64,000 bases of DNA from NCBI GenBank assembly GCA_002269645.1, contig NIVC01001591.1:1-64000 (forward strand). The letters run 5' to 3'. Shown here piece by piece: positions 33,020-44,400 of this stretch. The position numbers and the translations under genes are program-made. The number at the start of each line of letters is the position of its first letter. The first letter of the stretch is position 1. The stretch comes from Macrostomum lignano. Taxonomy: Eukaryota. Under the pieces are notes generated by a model that ran no database searches, was not told the origin of the DNA, and was given only the letters and a program-made list of their open reading frames with translations.

Positions 33020-33438
33020 ATTTTGACTAATTTCTCTCTATCTCAGTTGAAGATCCTTGAAACCTGTAGGTAAGGTAGTTTGAAATTCTTTTAACAAAAA
33101 ATTGACGATAAAAAATGAAAAATCATGCTGTATGAGTTGGCTATAGCTTCCAATCAGGAAATTCAGTAAAACAAATATTACCCGCACAAGCATTGAACAA
33201 TTTCCGGTCGTGACACAGAAAATTAATCATTGTTTATAAAACCCTAAACTGAAAAAAAAATATTCTCCCACACCAAAAATATATATTTGATTCAAACTGG
33301 TAGCTTCAAATATCGAAATTACAGTAAATAGCAAAACTTGAGTTACCAGCTGACAGTTCAACGTGGCAATGACCTGCAATTTCATTATATGGACAATAGT
33401 TTTATTGGCTGGCAGAGAGTCTAACGCTTATCCTGCAG

Positions 33439-33648
33439 TGTCGACAGATCCTACGGACAGCGATAACGTGGGTAGCGGGGCCGCTGGCGGGGCGGCACCT
33501 TCGTGTACAGGAGCAACGACAGTCGCCTTCTGGTTGCCGCAGGCGGTGGCGGAGCAGCCGCGGTGCTCCGGCAGCGGCTGCAGCGCCACGACGGGCGGCA
33601 GCACGGTTGACGCCGGCAGAGCCGTCCTGACACCCGTCGGTCAGGAAC
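33439..33648 (+). other. GC-rich exon-like segment of an unidentified gene
   Basis: Preceded by CTAAC branch-like motif and CCTGCAG; open frame; a further 23-nt acceptor/donor-bounded segment at 33047-33069. Strand and frame not certain. Confidence 0.3.
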
Positions 33649-34200
33649 TGTGCGTCTGATGAGGCTCAGAGTCTGTGTGATGTCAGTTCTGAGTCTGATG
33701 AGGCTCAGAGTCTGTGTGATGTCAGTCAGGAACTGTGCGTCTGATGAGGCTCAGAGTCTGTTTGATATCAGTTCTGAGTCTGATGAGGCTCAGAGTCTGT
33801 GTGATGTCAGTCAGTCAGGAGCTGTGAGTCTGATGAGGCTCAGAGTCTGTGTGATGTCAGTCAGTCAGGAACTGTGAGTCTGATGAGGCTCAGAGTCTGT
33901 GTAATGTCAGCTCTGAGTCTGATGAGGCTCAGAGTCTGTGTGATGTCAGTCAGTCAGGAGCTGTGCGTCTGATGAGGCTCAGAGTCTGTGTGATGTCAGT
34001 CAGTCAGGAGCTGTGAGTCTGATGAGGCTCAGAGTCTGTGTGATGTCAGTCAGTCAGGAGCTGTGAGTCTGATGAGGCTCAGAGTCTGTGTGATGTCAGT
34101 CAGTCAGTAGCTGAGTCTGATGAGGCTCAGAGTCTGTGTGATTTTAATCAGTCAGGAGCTGTGAGTCTGATGAGGCTCAGAGTCTGTGCGATGTCAGTTA
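33640..34200. repeat. 40-50-bp minisatellite (GTCTGATGAGGCTCAGAGTCTGTGTGATGTCAGTCAGTCAGGAGCTGTGA)n
   Basis: About 12 tandem copies. Confidence 0.92.
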
Positions 34201-34859
34201 GACAAAAAATTTCGAACGTATGTCAAAAATATCAAATATAATACTTTTCAAGTTTGAATCTTCGCAAAATCTTTTAAAACTTTTTATTAGATGGCTCGGT
34301 ACACAAAATTCACCGTATTAGCATTTTTAGTTGTGCCATGCACATTGTCCAGTGTACTCCAGACGACTATGGTTTGTTTTACTACTGTTGTTCTGGCAAT
34401 CTTCGAAGCACACTATGTACTTTAGAAATCTTAACCTATCTACTATATATATAGCTGATATGCTTCTTTCTGCAGCACAAATTTAGTGTCTCTAATAAAA
34501 ATTCCTGTGTTTAAGGCGTCTGACTCAGGTTTGATGAAGTACGCCAGGTTCTGAATTTGTGGCTTCTTCTTACTGAATGAGACCTCTTTACGAGCCCTAC
34601 TATTAGTAGTCAGTACAAAGCATGAATTGTCAAATATATAACGTCAGAATGCATTGCGAAAGAATTCCAATTAAATATGAGAAGAGATTTTTTATGACTT
34701 GCGGGGGCCGCAGAACAAGGGGTAGCCAGAGGGGGTAGTGTCGAAAGGCAGATCCTTCGCAAAGGGGACCCATCTAGGGGAAGTCAAGGTGGTCAAAGGC
34801 ACTGCATGGGAGTCAATTGGAATCTCTACTGCCCACAAAATGCGAGTAGTACCAAAAAT

Positions 34860-35670
34860 CTACAGGCTGTGGCGCTAAAATCTAGACTGTGGCGCTAAAA
34901 TCTATAGGCTGTGGCGCTAAAATCTAATCTGTGGCGCTAAAATCTAGACTGTGGCGCTAAAATCTATAGGCTGTGGCGCTAAAATCTAGGCTATGGCGCT
35001 AAAATCTAGGCTGTGGCGCTAAAATCTAGGCTGTGGCGCTAAAATCTAGACTGTGGCGCTAAAATCTAGGCTGTGGCGCTACAATCTAGTCTGTGGCGCT
35101 AAAATCGAGTCTGTGGCGCTAAAATCTAGGCTGTGGCGCTAAAATCGAGGCTGTGGCGCTAAAATCTAGACTGTGGCGCTAAAATCTATAGGCTGTGGCG
35201 CTAAAATCTAGTCTGTGGCGCTAAAATCTAATCTGTGGCGCTAAAATCTAGACTGTGGCGCTAAAATCTATAGGCTGTGGCGCTAAAATCTAGGCTATGG
35301 CGCTAAAATCTAGGCTGTGGCGCTAAAATCTAATCTGTGGCGCTAAAATCTAGGCTGTGGCGCTAAAATCTAGGCTGTGGCGCTAAAATCTAATCTGTGG
35401 CGCTAAAATCTAGGCTGTGGCGCTAAAATCTAGGCTGTGGCGCTAAAATCTAGGCTGTGGCGCTACAATCTAGTCTGTGGCGCTAAAATCGAGTCTGTGG
35501 CGCTAAAATCTAGGCTGTGGCGCTAAAATCGAGGCTGTGGCGCTAAAATATAGGCTGTGGCGCTAAAATCTAGGCTGTGGCGCCAAAATCTAGTCTGTGG
35601 CGCTAAAATCTAATCTGTGGCGCTAAAATCTAGGCTGTGGCGCCAAAATCCAGTTTTTGGCGCTAAGATC
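34860..35670. repeat. 20-bp minisatellite (GGCTGTGGCGCTAAAATCTA)n
   Basis: About 40 copies, running directly into a dispersed repeat. Confidence 0.95.
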
Positions 35671-35785
35671 TAGGCTGCAAAGTGTTATGCTTTGGTTGGT
35701 GGTCATGAGACGTGAGCAGCGTCTGCATACGAACCCACGGGACCGATCAGCTCACCGTTGCTATGCAATTGCGTCACCATTTTTC
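35655..35785 (-). mobile_element. Short dispersed repeat, possibly a SINE; copy 1
   Basis: About 130 bp homologous to 40790-40920 (GTGTTATGCTTTGGTTGGTGGTCAT.AGACGTGAGCAGCGTCTGCATACGAACCC); B-box-like GGTTCG on the minus strand. Confidence 0.55.
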
Positions 35786-36102
35786 AGCCTAAAGCGTTGA
35801 ATATTGGAGTTAAAATTTCTTTAGTTTTAATTGCAATATATGCAGATTGGTTATCTGTCTTAGTCCCGTAATGGTCATTTCGAGTCACGACTTTATATAT
35901 GAACAATAAATTCATTAGATATAATCTTTTATTTCTATACTATAGATGCCCCAGTAGAAATTCTGTTGAAATTTTTCTCTATTGTGATGTCACGAGCTCA
36001 ATAAGGTAGAAAGTTTATCGCTATGGAGATCAAACGTTACGATGTATAGGGGTCCGAAGACTTACGAGAAAATAATTCTACTCAAATTTAGCTCCGGTGT
36101 GG

Positions 36103-39100
36103 CATAAGAATGGCACTCCTTTAATAAGAATGGCACTCCTTTAATAAGAATGGCACTCCTTTAATAAGAATGGCACTCCTTTAATAAGAATGGCACTCCT
36201 TTAATAAGAATGGCACTCCTTTAATAAGAATGGCACTCCTTTAATAAAAATGGCATCCCATTTATAAGAATGGCACTCCTTTAATAAGAATGGCACTATT
36301 TTAATAAGAACGGCACTCCTTTAATAAGAATGGCACTCCTTTAATAAGAATGGCACTCCTTTAATAAGAATGGCACTCCTTTAATAAAAATGGCATCCCA
36401 TTTATAAGAATGGCACTCCTTTAATAAGAATGGCACTATTTTAATAAGAACGGCACTCCTTTACTAAGAATGGCACTCTTTTAATAAGAATGGCACTCCT
36501 TTAATAAGAATGGCACTCCTTTAATAAGAATGGCACTCCTTTAATAAGAATGGCACTCCTTTAATAAGAATGGCACTCCTTTAATAAGAATGGCACTCCT
36601 TTAATAAGAATGGCACTCCTTTAATAAGAATGCCACTCCTTTAATAAGAATGCCACTCCTTTACTAAGAATGCCACTCCTTTAATAAGAATGGCACTCCT
36701 TTAATAAGAATGGCACTCCTTTAATAAGAATGGCACTCCTTTAATAAGAATGGCACTCCTTTAATAAGAATGGCACTCCTTTAATAAGAATGGCACTCCT
36801 TTAATAAGAATGGCACTCCTTTAATAAGAATGGCACTCCTTTAATAAGAATGCCACTCCTTTACTAAGAATGCCACTCCTTTAATAAGAATGGCACTCCT
36901 TTAATAAGAATGGCACTCCTTTAATAAGAATGGCACTCCTTTAATAAGAATGGCACTCCTTTAATAAGAATGGCACTCCTTTAATAAGAATGGCACTCCT
37001 TTAATAAGAATGGCACTCCTTTAATAAGAATGCCACTCCTTTACTAAGAATGGCACTCCTTTAATAAGAATGGCACTCCTTTAATAAGAATGGCACTCCT
37101 TTAATAAGAATGGCACTCCTTTAATAAGAATGGCACTCCTTTAATAAGAATGGCACTCCTTTAATAAGAATGGCACTCCTTTAATAAGAATGGCACTCCT
37201 TTAATAAGAATGGCACTCCTTTAATAAGAATGGCACTCCTTTAATAAGAATGGCACTCCTTTAATAAGAATGGCACTCCTTTAATAAGAATGGCACTCCT
37301 TTACTAAGAATGGCACTCCTTTACTAAGAATGGCACTCCTTTAATAAGTATGGCACTCCTTTAATAAGAACGGCACTCCTTTACTAAGAATGGCACTCCT
37401 TTAATAAGAATGGCACTCCTTTACTAAGAATGGCACTCCTTTAATAAGAACGGCACTCCTTTACTAAGAATGGCACTCCTTTAATAAGAATGGCACTCCT
37501 TTACTAAGAATGGCACTATTTTAATAAGAACAGCACTCCTTTACTAAGAATGCCACTCCTTTACTAAGAATGCCACTCCTTTAATAAGAATGGCACTCCT
37601 TTAATAAGAATGGCACTCCTTTAATAAGAATGGCACTCCTTTAATAAGAATGGCACTCCTTTAATAAGAATGGCACTCCTTTAATAAGAATGGCACTCCT
37701 TTAATAAGAATGGCACTCCTTTAATAAGAATGGCACTCCTTTAATAAGAATGGCACTCCTTTAATAAGAATGGCACTCCTTTAATAAGAATGGCACTCCT
37801 TTAATAAGAATGGCACTCCTTTACTAAGAATGGCACTCATTTACTAAGAATGGCACTCCTTTAATAAGAATGGCACTCATTTACTAAGAATGGCACTCCT
37901 TTAATAAGAATGGCACTCATTTACTAAGAATGGCACTCATTTACTAAGAATGGCATTCCTTTAATAAGAATGGCACTCCTTTAATAAGAATGGCACTCCT
38001 TTAATAAGAATGGCACTCCTTTAATAAGAATGGCACTCCTTTAATAAGAATGGCACTCCTTTAATAAGAATGGCACTCCTTTAATAAGAATGGCACTCCT
38101 TTAATAAGAATGGCACTCCTTTACTAAGAATGGCACTCCTTTACTAAGAATGGCACTCCTTTAATAAGAATGGCACTCCTTTAATAAGAATGGCACTCCT
38201 TTAATAAGAATGGCACTCCTTTAATAAGAATGGCACTCTTTTACTAAGAATGGCACTCCTTTAATAAGAATGGCACTCCTTTACTAAGAATGGCACTCCT
38301 TTAATAAGAATGGCACTCCTTTAATAAGAATGGCACTCCTTTACTAAGAATGGCACTCCTTTAATAAGAATGGCACTCATTTACTAAGAATGGCACTCCT
38401 TTACTAAGAATGGCACTCCTTTAATAAGAATGGCACTCCTTTACTAAGAATGGCACTCCTTTAATAAGAATGGCACTCCTTTAAAAAGAATGGCACTCCT
38501 TTAATAAGAATGGCACTCCTTTAATAAGAATGGCACTCATTTACTAAGAATGGCACTCCATTAATAAGAATGGCACTCCTTTAATAAGAATGGCACTCCT
38601 TTAATAAGAATGGCACTCCTTTACTAAGAATGGCACTCCTTTAATAAGAATGGCACTCATTTACTAAGAATGGCACTCCTTTACTAAGAATGGCACTCCT
38701 TTAATAAGAATGGCACTCCTTTACTAAGAACGGCACTCCTTTAATAAGAATGGCACTCCTTTACTAAGAACGGCACTCCTTTAATAAGAATGGCACTCCT
38801 TTACTAAGAATGGCACTCCTTTAATAAGTATGGCACTCCTTTAATAAGAATGGCACTCCTTTACTAAGAATGGCACTCCTTTAATATGAATGGCACTCCT
38901 TTAATAAGAATGGCACTCCTTTAATAAGAATGGCACTCATTTACTAAGAATGGCATCCCATTTATAAGAATGGCACTCCTTTAATAAGAATGGCACTATT
39001 TTAATAAGAACGGCACTCCTTTACTAAGAATGGCACTCTTTTAATAAGAATGGCACTCCTTTAATAAGAATGGCACTCCTTTACTAAGAATGGCACTCCA

Positions 39101-39240
39101 TTAATAAGAATGGCACTCCTTTACTAAGAATGGCACTCCATTAATAAGAATGGCACTCATGTAATAAAAATGGCAATCCTTTAATAAAAATGGCACTCCA
39201 TTAATAAGAATGGCACTCCTTCAACAAAATGGCACTTCTA
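36103..39240. repeat. 20-bp minisatellite (AATAAGAATGGCACTCCTTT)n, about 3.1 kb
   Basis: About 155 copies in perfect 20-bp register; followed by related AAAAATGGCACCCGTAGATAA units to about 39415. Confidence 0.97.
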
Positions 39241-40304
39241 AAAAATGCCTCTTCTTAAAAACATGGCCCCCGTAGATAAAAAAATGGCACCCGTAGATAA
39301 AAAATGGCACCCGTAGATAAAAAATGGCACCCGTAGATGAAAAATGGCTCCAGTAGATAAAAAAATGGCACCAGTAGATAAAAAATGGCACCAGTAGATA
39401 AAAAATGGCACTCCTAATACAAAAAGCTGTCAGTAAAATCTAAAGAAATCCAGAAAGAGAGTTTGAATCTAACAAAAACAATGAAAAATATATGATCAAC
39501 TGGTCCCAGTGTAGTAAACAGCGAGCGTGTTTTCCTGGAGCAACAATGCTTCATTTCTATCTTCATCATATTAATTATCAATGCACCTGTCATTAAATAA
39601 TAACAACATGCTAAAATTTATTTATGACCCACGATTTTGAAAACACTTTACAACTATAAGCTAGCGCCTATATGCCTGCTTGTATTGCAGCAAGCACAGC
39701 GACTCTCTGTGTGGTTGGGGTTGGGGTTGGGGGGCGCGGTCTGCACTCATGACCGGCTGTGGATGCAGCCATTGTATGCGCGAAGCAAACACACACACAG
39801 AACAGCCTATGCATGGGACTCTGTAGTCTTTGCCTAAATATATATTTAATTTACTCGATGGCTTTTATCTTCTTTATATAGTATGATAATAAAGGGCCAG
39901 TCTGCATGTATTAGGATTTACCTTGCATAACCTAACTATATGCAGCCTAACTATATACAGCTTATTCAACATTGCGCGTACATAAGTAAAATTCCTGTAC
40001 AACATTGCCACGGTACTCGCCTGCTGACTCATTGACTTACGAGTATTTGGTGTCAGAATTTACTATCTGTTACATGACGTCTATGGTCCATACCCCTAGA
40101 CCCCCCTATAGAGATCCACTCTTATAAAGTCCCATGTTGAATGTGCAATCTGAATGTTTTTTAGCTTGGATGACCTCTTTTAATTTAGTTAGTTTGGTGC
40201 CCAATATTTCCTTTAATTTTGGTGCTCAGTAAAATCTATGGTCCCCCTACCCCAGCTTGTGATCCGTTATGGAAATCAATAGTTTTGCTTCAGGGCGACA
40301 AAAT

Positions 40305-40625
40305 GAGTGCCTGCGGCGCCAAAATGAGTGCCTGCGGCGCTAAAATGAGTGCCTGCGGCGCTAAAATGAGTGCCTGCGGCGCTAAAATGAGTGCCTGCGG
40401 CGCTAAAATAAGTGCCTTTGGCGCTAAAATGAGTGCCTGCGGCGCTAAAATAAGTGCCTTTGGCGCTAAAATGAGTGCCTGCGGCGCTAAAATGAGTGCC
40501 TGTGGCGCTAAAATGAGTGCCTGCGGCGCCAAAATGAGTGCCTGTGGCGCTAAAATGAGTGCATGCGGTGCCAAAATGAGTGCCTGCGGCGCTAAAATGA
40601 GTGCCTGCGGCGCTAAAATGAGTGC
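40305..40625. repeat. 21-bp minisatellite (GGCGCTAAAATGAGTGCCTGC)n
   Basis: About 15 copies. Confidence 0.95.
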
Positions 40626-40789
40626 TGGCAACACCGATTCTGAAAATAATGTGCATGTAGGAATTAGTTGATGTACATGTAAATATAGAATAATTGGCTT
40701 TGTTCCTCCTCGCACCATAAAATCCATGGCTATTTCCAAGTTTGCCGTTTAATATTTATAACTTTGGCGTCCTATATTTCCTCCTATCA

Positions 40790-40920
40790 GTGGTGCTAAA
40801 ATCTAGACTGCAACGTGTTATGCTTTGGTTGGTGGTCATCAGACGTGAGCAGCGTCTGCATACGAACCCAGGGAACCGAACTTCCTACCCTACTCACCGT
40901 TGCGTTGTTTGCGTCACCAT
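40790..40920 (-). mobile_element. Short dispersed repeat, copy 2, carrying a single unit of the 20-bp motif
   Basis: Homologous to 35655-35785; preceded by one GGTGCTAAAATCTAGACTG unit only. Confidence 0.55.
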
Positions 40921-41427
40921 AATAATTGACAGAATTATTATTTCCAATGTTTCTGTTAATTCTACCAAAGTTTGTCACGGACTCGTGTGGTCTAAGTCCC
41001 AAGTCCAAAGCTTATTATTGAACAAATTAAAGACTAACTAGCTAATAAAAATCTCTTCTAAAAGAAGAGGAAAAACAACTTGAAAATACACCTTAAACAT
41101 AAGAAGCAAACAATAAAGCCACTTACTTCATCCAAGCCATCACACCCGTCAATAGTGAACGTGGAGGGGGTTGGCGGGCAAGCCGTGACCAGAGACGCCC
41201 AATAGAAGCGTTTCAACAATTCATTCCCATTGGCTCACGGAAATTCCACAGCCGGTCTCTTGCCTGGCTGTCCCCGTCCCCCAATTTTCTGTCCATTTTT
41301 TGCACCTGCAGAAGCAATTCTGAAGACAAAACACGATTTTGCTAAGCAATTATATTGTAAAATGAGACTGTTGACTTTGTTCAGATGAAGCGATGAGATT
41401 GATCGAGAGCTACAACTCCAACTAAAG

Positions 41428-44400
41428 ATGCGTCAGTATAGCGTTCTTGCTTTAAGTCTGCTTCTGGTGGGCCTTCTGCTTTTAGCAGCAGCAAGCGACG
41501 GGTTGCCTATGAGAACAGATGAGACGAATCGAGACGATTGCAGCCAGGTAAGACCAAGAGTTTAACTTGCTAATTTGAATAGGGTGGTGGGTGGCTCAGA
41601 CAGTGAACAGAACTCATAAAATTCTGAGCTTCCCTGAACTTGTCTGAGCGTGTCTGAGCGTGGCGCCAGAATAGAACTCAGGATTTACTCAGGGAAGGCG
41701 CCAGAATAGAAATCAGGATTTACTCAGGGAAAGCGCCAGAATAGAACTCAGGATTTACTCAGGGAAGGCGCCAGAATAGAACTCAGGATTTACTCAGGGA
41801 AAGCGCCAGAATAGAACTCAGGATTTACTCAGTGAAGGCGCCAGAATAGAACTCAAGAATTTACTCATGGAAGGCGCCAGAATAGAACTCAGGATTTACT
41901 CAGGGAAGGCGCCAGAATAGAACTCAGGATTTACTCAGGGAAGGCGCCAGAATAGAACTCAGGATTTACTCAGGGAAAGCGCCAGAATAGAACTCAGGAT
42001 TTACTCAGGGAAGGCGCCAGAATAGAACTCAGGATTTACTCAGGGAAGGCGCCAGAATAGAACTCAGGATTTACTCAGGGAAGGCGCCAGAATAGAACTC
42101 ATGGAAGGCGCCAGAATAGAACTCATGGAAGGCGCCAGAATAGAACCCATCGAAGGCGCCAGAATAGAACTCAGGATAGGCGCCAGAATAGAACTCATGG
42201 AAGGCGCCAGAATAGAACTCATGGAAGGCGCCAGAATAGAACCCATCGAAGGCGCCAGAATAGAACTCAGGATAGGCGCCAGAATAGAACTTAGGATAGG
42301 CGCCAGAATAGAACTCAGGATAGGCGCCAGAACAGAACTCATGGAAGGCGCCAGAATAGAACTCAGGATTTACTCAGGGAAGGCGCCAGAATAGAACTCA
42401 GGATTTACTCAGGGAAGGCGCCAGAATAGAACTCAGGATTTACTCAGGGAAGGCGCCAGAATAGAACTCATGGAAGGCGCCAGAATAGAACTCATGGAAG
42501 GCGCCAGAATAGAACCCATCGAAGGCGCCAGAATAGAACTCAGGATAGGCGCCAGAATAGAACTCAGGATAGGCGCCAGAATAGAACTCATGGAAGGCGC
42601 CAGAATAGAACTCAGGATTGGCGCCAGAATAGAACTCAGGATTGGCGCCAGAATAGAACTCAGGATTGGCGCCAGAATAGAACTCATGGAAGGCGCCATG
42701 CAGATAAAAAAAAAGAAACCCCAAAATGGATCGAAGCCTTTTTCAACCAAGCAGAAAAGCAGAATTAGTCAGTTTAAAAATAGCGCATGACTCTAGCTAA
42801 AGTGATTCAGTGATTCAATGATTCAGTCCACTCTGCTTAAATTAAAACTTCAGCGAACCAGCAAGCCCTGTCTTTCTCAATGTGGAAAATCCCCTCCGCC
42901 ACAGGCTCAAGTGCCGATTTGGGAATTTAAGAGAATTGGGAAGAAATTATACCCCCGTGCATAACACTTGACTGTATAACGCAGCCAAAAGACTGCGCAA
43001 CAAAATCTATAAGTCGACCTCTTTAAGCTAATTCCTTCCCATTATTTCGTTAAGCACTGCCATTCCCAATCCCCATGGGAGTTTTTTCTGGCGGGGAGGA
43101 GAGGGTCGTTTGGGAATCGACCCTAACACATTATATACAGAATCTATAGTTAGGGCGAAAGCGGTCCACCAACACGCGAAGGAAATAAAAAGTGTCCTTG
43201 AACGGGACCGGTGAGTCGCCTTTTGGGCCTTGACTGGCAGCTGTCACTCAACCCCGGCCGTCCCCGGGGAGGGAGCCTCGTGCATCCTCTATAGACTCTC
43301 CTCGCTTTTGGTCCAGAAATTTTGAGCGCCAGTTGCACGCGGGGCCGGGGCGAAAGCGTATATACAGCTTGTTGAAGAAGTCCGTCTGGCCCCCGGCTTT
43401 TATTTCTTTCACTTCCTCTCTCCATGGCCTACCGGACGCCATGGGGCCGGACACTGCGGGACTGCAGCTTAATTGTTCTTCAGTTCTCATGGCGCCCCGC
43501 CCTGTCCTACCACTTCAAATCAACTCAGGCCTCATACAGACTCTCTGCTCGTAGCCTCTTTCTCCTATCTCTCTGCCAGACTGTGACGTCACAAAATGAG
43601 ACTCATATTGAGACTGCAATGCGAAATCTGAGTGGACTTCAACTTTCAAGGCTCTTAACTAAATCCAAGTTGGTCCTATATGTATGGTATGCGAGTAGTG
43701 CTTGCGTCATCTGCTTCAATTCACATCGGGCAAGTAAAGAAGACGCCTCTGCATGCGTGCTGAGAAGGCACTACTACTGAACATCGGATGCAGCATCGAA
43801 AATTATGTACCCTTATGCCTAATGTTCGATAACACAATGGAAGAATCTCATGACGTCCACGATGCACCATGAAAGAATCTTGTGACGTTCCGAATGCATC
43901 ATGGAAAAATCTCACGACGTCCCGAATGCACCATCGATGACGTCCCGAATGCATCATGGATGACGTCCCGAATGCACCATCGATGACGTCCGGAATGCAC
44001 CATCGATGACGTTTCGAATGCACTATGGATGACGTCCCGAATGCATCATGGATGACGTCCCGAATGCACCATGGATGACGTACCGAATGCACCATGGATG
44101 ACGTACCGAATGCACCATGGATGACGTACCGAATGCACCATGGATGACGTTCTGAATGCACCATGGATGACGTCCCGAATGCACCATGGATGACGTCTCG
44201 AACGCACGCACAACTGAAGAAAACATAATGACGTGACATGACATCATGACGAACCCTAACAGTCCTCAAGACGCTCTATTGCAGTCGATAGACTGCCACT
44301 CCGTCTTTTAACCAACCGTTCACACCTGCAGAGATCATCCTTACAAGATTACATATAGAGCAGCTGCATGTCAAATTGGGACAGTCAAATGTCGTGGACC

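Noticed and set aside
33640-34200. Tandem hammerhead ribozymes: each unit has CTGATGAG followed by a small hairpin (GGCT-CAG-AGTC)
   Set aside because: The obligatory GAAA after stem II is absent (TGTG instead) and no stem III/cleavage triplet could be paired; at best a non-functional look-alike.
41182-41192. GCCGTGACCAG matching part of the tRNA-His PBS
   Set aside because: Lacks the TGG start and has no adjacent LTR end; likely chance.
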